Of a DNA stretch of 64,000 bases, positions 49,600 through 64,000 are shown one piece after another; within the stretch, counting starts at the first letter, position 1; each line of letters begins with the position of its first letter. The stretch spans positions 434,001 through 498,000 of the forward strand of contig JAQGDQ010000105.1 of assembly GCA_030141605.1 (NCBI GenBank), written 5' to 3'. A program made the translations under genes and the position numbers. This stretch comes from Tubiluchus corallicola (Eukaryota; Animalia; Priapulida). The notes under the pieces were generated by a model, which saw only the letters and a program-made list of their open reading frames with translations, did not search any database and was not told where the DNA came from.

Positions 49600-50660
49600 G
49601 TCAAAGTTTGCCTAATGCCCGACTTTGCTAGTTTTAGTCTTTATGTTATTAGGTGGATTCCTTCAATTTAGTTAAATCCTAATAGTATCCATAGTTGACT
49701 TCTTCAGATAACTTGTAATTTAGTAACATAGTTTGAGTAATGCCTGACTTTGCTAGTTTTAGTCTTCATGTTATTAGGTAGATTCCTTCAATTTTTAGTT
49801 AAAGCCTATTAGTATTCGTAGTTCACTTTTCATAGTTAAGTTGTAATTTAATAACATTGTTGCTTTACTCAAAGTGCCAGTAATGCCTGATTTTGTTAGC
49901 ATAGTCTTTATTGTAAATGGACTTCTTAACTTCAGTTAAATTTTAGTAGTATTCATAATCAAAATTTCAAATAAGTTGTTAAGTTAATACCATGCGGCTT
50001 TGCTCAAAGTGCCAGTAATGCTTGGTTTCGCTAGCATGGTCCTTATGTTACTATATGGACTTCTTAAATTTAGTGAAATTCTAATAGCATCCATAATCAA
50101 AATTTCAAATAAGTTGTTAAGTTAATACCATGTGGCTTTGCTCAAAGTGCCAGTAATGCCTGATTTTGTTAGCATGGTCTTTATTGTAAATGGACTTCTT
50201 AACTTCAGTTAAATTTTAGTAGTATTCATAATCAAAATTTCAAATAAGTTGTTAAGTTAATACCATGCGGCTTTGCTCAAAGTGCCAGTAATGCTTGGTT
50301 TCGCTAGCATGGTCCTTATGTTACTATATGGACTTCTTAAATTTAGTGAAATTCTAATAGCATCCATAATCAAAATTTCAAATAAGTTGTTAAGTTAATA
50401 CCATGCGGCTTTGCTCAAAGTGCCAGTAATGCTTGGTTTCGTTAGCATGGTCCTTATGTTACTATATGGACTTCTTAAATTTAGTGAAGTTCTAATAGCA
50501 TCCATAATCAAAATTTCAAATAAGTTGTTAATAATGCCATGCAGCTTTGCTCAAAGTTCCAGTAATGCTTGGTTTTGTTAGCATGGTCTTTATGTTACTA
50601 TATGGACTTCTTAAATTTAGTGAAATTCTAATAGCATCCCTAGTCAACTTTTCCAGTAAC
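49600..50660. repeat. ~135-138-bp tandem satellite, about 8 units
   Basis: The anchor caaagt(g/t)ccagtaatgc recurs at 49870, 50005, 50143, 50278, 50416 and 50552, with two more diverged units at about 49610 and 49738. Confidence 0.92.
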
Positions 50661-51026
50661 TTATTAACTTACTGCCGTGGGGGTTTTGATCTTTTGGCTG
50701 ATGTTTGTATTGTATTCACAATTAATCACTTTTTACTTTCATCTTTCAGTATTTACTTTTCTGTGGTTTATCACTTCATACAGTTTTACTCTATTGTTTT
50801 TCCCTTCCGAGTGCGTAGGTTGTTTGTGTTGCTGTTCGCCCCTTTCTTTGGATTAATCACCCCATACAGTCTTACAGTCTTTGTCATTCACTCTCATCTG
50901 CATGTGCTGCATTCTGTCATTCTGTTTATCTTCTACTTAACTGGTTTTATGATTTTTTTCATGTGTATAAAACCATGGTTCCCATCAGACATTTTATAAG
51001 TTTCTTATTTACTCTGTTCTGCAACT

Positions 51027-51690
51027 TATATTTGACCTGTTTTTGAATACTCTTCTGTTACTTTCAGCTCGTCTAAAAATCAAATTGCGAGTAGTGAAAA
51101 AATTCAAAAACGAAGTTGTCGAATAAGTTTCTGCATGATTTTATTCCTTATGTGATGCTTTGCATAAGCTCAACCTGATTACTCAGGAAAATTGCAGACA
51201 AAAATTGTACTTTTGCTTCTAAAATTGTGTAGTACCATAGATGCTTGCTTCCTGCTTCACATCTTAGTGTAAGCAATCTACATGCTCGAAATTCTAATGA
51301 ATTATTCATGCCTAAAATTTGAACAGAACGCTGCAAACTTTCAGCAGTTTTTATTATAATTAGAACTATAAGTAGTAATCAGGAACTTCTTTCTAAATTA
51401 TATTAAACAATTTATTGTCTCAATTGGTTTTATTAGTAAATCAGTAATCAGGAACTTCTTTCTAAATTATATTAAACAATTTATTGTCTCAATTGGTTTT
51501 AAACTGTTTTACTGGTTTTGTAATGTCATTGCTCTAAATTTTTATTATGTAAATGCAACGTCTCTTTTTGACTCTTTCTATTTTTATTGTATTCACACCT
51601 TGTATTCTGTTTTACTGCTGTGGTGTGACTTTCTAATAAAACCCGTTATTTATTTATTATTACTCATTCATTCATTTATTTATTTATTAT
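51027..51690 (+). mobile_element. LINE 3' stub inserted into the right inverted arm
   Basis: ARNSNELFMPKI*TERCKLS resembles an L2/CR1 C-terminus. AATAAA at about 51634 is followed by an (ATTT/ATTC)n tail, and aact is duplicated at the junctions. It contains a ~59-bp direct duplication (about 51373-51431 and 51443-51501). Confidence 0.55.
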
Positions 51691-54129
51691 AACTGTGGCT
51701 ATTTACTTCTGTGTTTCTCCTATGTGTTTTTATCTGTTGAGCTTCTGGACCCTTTCCTTTTTTTGTTGATAATATACACAAAAACTCCCAAAATAATTAA
51801 TTTAGTTGTTTTAGTAATTTCTTGCATTTTGTTTCTCTTTTTGTGTTCACGTGAAGATGAACTGAAGTGGTATTTTGAAACATTGTGCCCTCTCTTTCTT
51901 TTTTCTTGTTTTTCTTTAATTGCGGGATTTTTTGTTCACTACAATTGAAGATTGTTGTGCAGTCATTGTTACACGCTTCAATAATATTAGCAACCAGACA
52001 AATGCGTGTATAATAAAGTATATTTATTAAACTAATTAAGAACTCAAACAAAGAAGATCAGAGCAGCATGACAGTCTAGCATGTTGAACACTCCTAAGCA
52101 ATGACCAAGATCTTTGATCTACACAAACCATATCTATGGTATTGTTACAGTCATTTAAGTGGAAATGCTTGCTTATCTTCAAAATGCATGTGTCAGCAGA
52201 TTTACTTTGAGGAAGGCAGTGAAAATAGAGAAACCTGCTAGTACCAGTACAATAGTTTCTTTTCAAATTTTCATTTGATTTCATTAAGATTGCCAAAGGT
52301 TTTTAGTTAATCTGCACCAATTTTCGAACATTTTGCTTTGTTTGTTAAAAAAAATTAAAATGTATACTAACTTCTGAGGCACTGTTATATTTTAACTAAC
52401 AGTTAGTGACAAAATATGAATTTTTTAAGTGTGCATTATGACCAGCAATCTCTCAAAACATTTCAGATTTTAGCTTTTTGAGGTTTCAAAGACACGTCAT
52501 ACTCTAATTATAGCCCTTCCAATATGTCTACTCACAGAGAGAACACTGTCTGAAGCTATTGGGACAGTGCATAGTTTTCTTAATAACTTGTGTTATGTTG
52601 CCTTAGTAGTAATCTCATGCAGTTATTATTATTTTATCATACTATTTCAAATATCCTTTAATGTGGTTGTACGTTTTATCCTTTTGTAGCTTCTTTACAA
52701 TAGTTCTGTCTTTTTACAATGCAGCTATGTGCCTATATATATATTTATAAGCTATTGACCTTTTTGTTCTACGCCATTTTATTATAGTAATATAATACAT
52801 GTAACGGTGAAGCAATAATGGATGTTTGAAATGCTATCAGATTTTTATGTATATAAAATTTACCAATTTGTTGTGTACATTTTACATACTCTTATTATAG
52901 TGTTTAAAGATGCTCGTATAGATAGCTTCAGTTTAGTGCTATTTTGTGATGATGATGAATGGCTATGTTTTTCTTAAAGAGTTGTTGTCCATGTTGGTAT
53001 TAGGACAGTTAATTTTATCTAACACCAATTTTTGATGCTTAATATGCTGAAGTAATAGGTATAATTTAATTAAGCTTTGTGGTGGTCTTGTCATTAATTT
53101 ACGTTAAATGCTAATCTTACTTAATAGTGTTACCAACCATCCATTGACTAAGCAAAAAAATCACAATGGTTATTGTTGTGTTTTTAATTCATGTATAATA
53201 GTGTACTGGACATCTTGCTTGAGTTTTCACAGTTTTAAGAAGTACGATTACATGGTTAGTTATGTGTTAAGGCTGTCACATTTTGGAATATTTATTTGTC
53301 AGCCGGAAATTTGACCAACAGTAAGTTTTAAAACATTTAATGGTCTTGGTGCGTGACACCAACACTTACGACTTGTACTCATTGTAACACTATCTTATTG
53401 TCCAAGTCAGGTGTCACACATTGCTTATTGTGCCAGTATTAATAATGTCATTACAAGTATTTCAATGTTATGATAAAATAATTTAATAAAGCTGATTTGG
53501 TTCTTATTTTGTTGTTTGATAATTAATCACATTTCTGTGGGTAAACCATTAATAATACCTATTAAGTCATTACATGTAGGACAGATTTAGATTTGTGTGA
53601 ACCGCTCTCGTGCAAAGGCAAAAAACATTAAGAATATTCAGGGCATTCCTGATGGTGAATTGATTTCATGTTAGCTGTCAAAAATGACAAGACATGCGCA
53701 CTCCTAAATGCTCGCAAGCATTTGTTACTATTATTAATAACATAAGGCTGCATAGTAGATTGGATGTATATTAGCACTAGACGCCAGATTATATTGACAA
53801 ATGTGATGTCGATTTTGTTGTCTGACACTGCAGTGCCTCACAGACTTTAAAAAAGTCAGTTAAAAGAAAAATTAATATTCAAAACATTCACAAATTCTAG
53901 GTCTCGTTATACCCACTAGCGCCAGTCAAACCTACGTTTGATCTTTATTTTTTCAAAACTCCTAGTCATTAAACGGACTGTAGTTTCTGGAGTGTGCTGG
54001 CACAATTTATTTATTATACACTGTAATAATAATTATGTATGACGCGGAATACACCACTAGCAGAAGTAGGGCATTTACGCTAAAGTGCATGTGCTGAATT
54101 TGCGGAAGAGCAGTGTCGTACATCGGCAG

Positions 54130-54790
54130 CTCTAGTAGGGCACTGGCGAGTTCTGTCGAGAATCGAGAACTATGACATAATAAAACACAAAACTAAATTT
54201 GTTTTTGGAAAAAAGTAACTTTATAATAATGGTGGATAGTCCTTGACAATTTATAAATGTATTTTTTACAATAATATCATTATTATTATCAGCTCCATTA
54301 ATATCATCATAACATTAAACTAAATATCTAATGCTTTAAAGAGAGAAACTATGTAGGGCACATAGCTTGGTAGCCCGTTTACTTAGTAGAAAAAAATTAT
54401 TTGTCCAAGAGAGGTAGTGAAACGGATCAACTGTCTGTGAAGCGAGACAAAATAAAAATGATATACCTTAAGCAGATGTTGGAATCGCCTAAAAAGCGGG
54501 CTTATTTTACTTCAAAGAGATTAATATCAAAGTCAAATTTAATATTGGCCATTCTACTAGCTCAGGATGAGATTCCTTTGTTTTATCAGATGTATAATAA
54601 ATTATTCAATGTGTATTTTCAATTATTATTATTAAATAAGCAATGACAACGGACACTGCCAGTAAGGCTAATGACTCAATTCGTGACCAGTCTCTAGAGT
54701 CTTACTTGGGCAGCCCATGTACGACGCGTCCTGCTTGGACTAGCCCTTGTACGCCAATTGTCCTGCTTCGGCTAGTGTCTTATTCTGGTC
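54130..54790. mobile_element. Diverged second copy of the 16328-17048 MITE family
   Basis: Shares collinear internal blocks such as ctccattaatat..cataacattaaac, gaggtagtgaaacggatca, aaaatgatataccttaa, gatgtataataaattattcaatgtgta and gactcaattcg.gacc.gtctctag. The termini are degraded. Confidence 0.8.
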
Positions 54791-55865
54791 CCAACAATTA
54801 TTATTATTTTATTCATTTCACCAACACATAACATATTTACGAACAAGAGTTTGTTTACGTTTACCAATGCAACATTACAAAGTAGAACAACAAAATAGTT
54901 TACAATATTCTGTCATGTTTGCTGATGACAAAAAACTGACACATTCCTGTCCCTGACAATATTCAGATTCATCAACTTCAGCAATCGTTAGGTGATTGAC
55001 GCAATCGTTAGAAGATGTAAACTAACTTTTCTGAAATAAAGTAGAATATTTTTGCATTAGTGTGTGACATTCAAGCTGTTGTAAGTCTGTAATAAATTTT
55101 ATTTTCGCGTCTTTCACGAATGTATTGTCATTAAAGGCCAAAGATTTGAACAGAATTGTTTCGTGGACAAATGATTCAATGAATGGACGATTAGATATGT
55201 TGCGAAGCAGGGAAGTGGGAATATCTAAATATTTGACTGCATTAGGCTTAGACTTCATTAGCTTACCAGTACAGAAGGCCTACATTTTCTTTCAATTCTT
55301 CCGCTTTTCTGTGCACATGTATACTGTATAGGCAGCATAATGGCTTACACTCATTGAAATGTAAGTGAATTTTGACTAATTAGCTAACTAAATATGTGAA
55401 ACATGATTTTGCTTATATTTATACAGGACATTAACTGTATCGTTTCGTTAGCTGTACCACTACCAGTACCAGCACGTTTTTTGGAACAGAGTTATAGAAG
55501 TTATAGAGTTATAGCCATTCGAACTAACACTAATTTGTTGACTTAGATTGAGCTTGTTATATTAACACAAAAGCATTCAAGTTAAGGTTAAGTGGTTAAA
55601 TTGTCACTTTTTGCAATATTGGAATAGCAGATTATCATTAATTAGGTTTAATTCATTAATTAATTTAGAAGTAAAGAAACTTAGACTTCTGTTGCAATAA
55701 ACTGCAGGATATGTCGGAAAAGAATTTTTTACAGATTAAATCCATGTTTCTTAATGCAGTAGCTGCTGCTTTATAAAACCATCTCAGTTTTGAAACATGT
55801 AGGCATTGTCTGAAATTACTCTCGCGTAAGATTCATTAGAAAGGATTGTTAAGAAAATTTGGTTA

Positions 55866-56712
55866 AGACCCGTTTTGATTAGCGTTTGTCTCTGCATTTA
55901 TCGTGGCGATTTTACGCTCAGCAAAAATGGCTATCGCTCTCTAAAACGTTCAGGTGTTTTCACTAGAAGCTTTCTCATTGCATTTTTAACGCTCTGTAAA
56001 AACAGATATCGCTGCGGAAAAGCTGCGTGTACAGGTATAACATATTTATTTTTTAATTCATTGATAGATAAATTGGATACATTCTTGTCTGTTATTAAAG
56101 CTGTGAATACTTTCTCTTCTCGTCATTGTTAAAGTAATGTTTAGCTTTTATGTTCCATAAACATGGATGTTTTTGAATATTTTAGCCAGTGCTTGCCTTG
56201 TTATTTTGTGCCATTCAAACAATTTGTTTTTTTGGCATGTTGAATCTCAGTTATTTGTATAGTAGCACACACACGCACACACACTACATAAAAAGCAAAT
56301 CGTCAACACGTCATGCAATGGCGCTTATACAGAGAAGTTGTCTATGTATAGCAACATTATTCAATAACATGCGCATTGTGCAACCTGCAGTGATAACGAT
56401 GTAATAGCCATTTTCATGGGCAATTTTGTGGCGTAGCTAGAAAAATAGATCTAACATGCGAGCCCTTTTTCTCGCTGCAGTGATTGACGCTTTCATGGGC
56501 ATCTTCGTGGCGTTTTGAAAAGAGATATCGCTTCTGACTGCAATTAACGTCTTCATGGATATTCTGTATTGCTTCAGTGCAGCATTTTCTCGCCATTGAT
56601 TTTTGTGAGAGCATTTAATCGCTATAGCATTAGATATTTTGACAGGCATCTTTGCAGCAATCTGGCCAAAATAATAAAAACACAGCAAGAAAACGCTAGT
56701 GAAAACAGGTCT
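55866..56712. mobile_element. PIF/Harbinger (Tourist-like) MITE
   Basis: 22-bp TIRs agacccgttttgattagcgttt versus rc agacctgttttcactagcgttt, with 3-bp flanks tta/tca. Confidence 0.7.
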
Positions 56713-58189
56713 TCAATAAAATCACTACGCCGTTTAATAAGATCATGTTTTTCTGTAACAGGTGACAAAAGCGATATCGAAATGAAAAAGATAAAATGTA
56801 TATTTGGCAGTTTGCCTATTTCTAAGATATACATTTGAAATTTAAAGCAAAAGCCAAATCTCTCTGGAAGTTGAGCTTATTTTACCATTTGAGAAAAATG
56901 TTAGAGAGTTGCAGTAATAAAAATGTGATAAGCTCTCGTGTAATTAGTAAAATCAATTTAAAGTCATGATCACTTCAAGCTTGGGCATGTTCATTTTGAA
57001 CAAAAAATGGTATCGTCCAGTTACCATGCAATATCAACCCACCACCCCAGGTGCTTGAACGAACAATCCAGAACATTGAACGAAAGGTTATTAATGATAT
57101 CTTTTTTGCTTTTTGATGAATCCCATTGCCCACTATGTAATGGTAACCAGTTAGCGATGATGTCTCCAACTAGTTAATGCTGAGAAACTACCTGAATATA
57201 ACCTCAGCTCAACACAAACATTCAGCCAGCTAGAATAGTGGAATTTCTACCATGTTTGTTAATTATGCCTTCGTGCTTGTGTGATTTTTTTCAAATATGC
57301 CTTCAGCAAGGCTAGTTTTGTGGCAGACACAAATTAGTTAAATATCTTTTTTGCATTTTTAAGCAAAGCATATTATTTGGTAATTTCAATAGTTTTTAAG
57401 TGTATATTAAAATGCAGTAAATGTTGTTCATGGGTTGGTTTTTCCTTTAAGTCCTGTTTCCTAGGCTTTTAGTCAAAGTTACACTGAAAGCTAAAGCCTA
57501 TTGTTCACCATCCTTGCTTTGCATAATCTGCATACTCTGTATATCATTCTATTGGCATGCAAGCTATTGCCACATGTCTGTGTGAACCTGTTAGAAAAGT
57601 TTTATACGTAATGCATTGAATTATGTCAGATTAAATAAAATAAATCAAAATATCTTTGACTGAATGCCTAAATTTGTACATATGCCTTGGCTACAGAAAT
57701 GAATGATAAAACTACATACATATAGTTAAAATTGACAGCCAATACATGTTTTTATAAAATGGATGTTTACAACAAAGCTAGTGCATATAGTTAACATTGG
57801 TAAACATCTTGGACATGTGTGCATGTCATATATCGGTTATAGTGAGGTGTTTAATTTCCTTTTATTATTTTCTGCACTTGAGAAAACCCCGTAGCAACCA
57901 ATACCTTTCTAATTTATTAGAACAAATTACTGAAAACGTTGCATGACTTTAAAAGCCATTTTCTCAAAAGCATTAGTTTTTAACATACCGCACTTTCCGA
58001 AACTTAATCCTTAATGTATCCTACATATAATTGTACATAATCAAAATGCTTAGAATTTTCTATAGAATCTGATTGCATTAAAATCACAAAATTTGTTTCT
58101 AGTGGTCACTAGATTTCAGAATGATACATCACAAATATCCTGTCTTGGTGAAGTAACATTATGGCAGGCATATCCAAAGAGAAGCAGTT

Positions 58190-58292
58190 TTTTGACTGCC
58201 AACCATCAACTTACTGACCAGGCACGACATTGTTTAACTTCGGTCAACTACTAAACACACACTGTGACCACACTGCCATTCTTGTAACCCCC
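58190..58292 (-). mobile_element. 5S rRNA-derived SINE-like relic
   Basis: The reverse complement ccgaagttaaacaatgtcgtgcctggtcagtaagttgatgg resembles the 5S internal control region (GAAGTTAAGCA...GCCTGGTTAGTACTTGGATGG). Confidence 0.5.
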
Positions 58293-58731
58293 AGTATTGA
58301 AAGCTACAGTATGTTTACAATAACAATTAATAACTATTTGCTTTTGTTAAAAAGAGACTAATATCTGTCAAGCTAAAACCGATATGATTTTTACATTTAC
58401 TCATAAAGATAAACGTGTTTTTGACAAAACATGGCTTTACGTGTTTACATGTATGATTATTGCAGTGTTATGTAATATATGGGATAAAAAACTATAGGCC
58501 TGCCTATGCTGTTTCTTGCAACAATGTTTCATTTAACGTCATGTTTAGCTAAAATACATTAGCACAAGTTAACAAGGATTTACTTTATTAGACTATTGCT
58601 GCCTGCCTTGATATGAAAGCCCTATTTTGATTTTTATAGTGACAATTAATTATACCTAAGTCATTTATTTTATTGTCAGGTAATCCAGCAACATGATCCA
58701 TATTTTTTGATGCTTTGTGATGGTCATATAA

Positions 58732-63666
<4,935 letters not shown>

Positions 63667-64000
63667 GTAACTTGTGTTTTAAGTATTTTTTGTTTATATA
63701 TTTTTAAAGACGTCAGTTTCTAAAACTTGTGTAGTGATCTTAGTAGAGAATAATGTCACTTATAAGCTGTTTCTGAGTGGTATAAGTTTGGTATAAGTAT
63801 ATGCACCATAAAAAAACCTATGGAGTATTTCTCCAACTTCAGATTCACAGCTACACAAAGAATTAAAAAATGTTTCAACTTAACGTTTTAAGTACAGCAA
63901 TTTGACTAATGCCAAAGCACTTAGTAAGCTGTATTCTAAGGTAACGTTTCAGGAGGCAGTTCATCTTTGCTGCTCAGTTAATCTTACCCTTTAAATTCCT

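Larger units (their letters stand above)
48252..51941. mobile_element. Foldback-like composite with long inverted arms and an internal satellite
   Basis: Flanked by caattgaagatt (48240-48251, 51942-51953). The left arm (~48285-48900) is the reverse complement of 51941-51691 plus 51026-50640. Confidence 0.6.
47754..52387 (+). mobile_element. Tc1/mariner (DD37D-like) relic carrying nested insertions
   Basis: TA-flanked imperfect TIRs tagggtgtctcagaactcagtataca versus rc taacagtgcctcagaagttagtataca. The transposase remnant HWIG...EIYTKKPTHLHKL*IAIED at about 48100-48250 resumes (IEDCCAVI) at about 51944. Confidence 0.6.

Noticed and set aside
49600-50660. CRISPR-like array
   Set aside because: Whole units repeat with no unique spacers, there are no cas genes, and the context is eukaryotic.
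50547-50999. 150-aa hydrophobic ORF
   Set aside because: It starts at TTG inside the last satellite unit and runs through the T-rich inverted arm. I saw no matching long ORF in the homologous left arm.
55022-55331. Overlapping 78-aa and 68-aa ORFs upstream of SLC35E2
   Set aside because: No recognisable family or structure. Better explained as non-coding first-exon sequence, though uORFs are not excluded.
58190-58292. Functional 5S rRNA gene
   Set aside because: Only the central part matches, with many substitutions, and the 5S 5' and 3' ends are absent.

Overview
AT-rich eukaryotic genomic DNA from an invertebrate animal (spliceosomal introns, metazoan gene set; the species cannot be identified from the sequence). 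I assembled seven recognisable protein-coding genes by hand from splice sites and reading frames: TMEM222 (-, 6 exons), POT1 (+, single-exon CDS), SLC25A35-like (+, 3 exons), SMG9 (-, 4 exons), RAB24 (-, single-exon CDS), beta-sarcoglycan SGCB (+, 6 exons) and SLC35E2-like (+, 6 exons seen, runs off the window, one GC-AG intron). There is also an orphan 111-aa single-pass membrane ORF. Intergenic and intronic DNA holds many transposable elements: a young 5'-truncated CR1/L2-group LINE with a 9-bp target-site duplication (TSD), LINE 3' stubs, Harbinger/hAT/mariner transposase relics, several MITE families with readable TIRs and TSDs, 5S-derived SINE-like relics and a ~136-bp satellite. The most interesting observations are: a POT1 with a possible extra N-terminal OB fold and a shortened, Cys-rich HJRL region; a foldback-like 3.7-kb composite nested in a mariner relic; a LINE whose TSD supplies an in-frame ATG; an intronic pre-miRNA-like hairpin in SMG9; and the orphan microprotein. 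No CRISPR array and no intact tRNA or rRNA gene was seen. Homology calls come from recognising motifs from memory, not from database searches.
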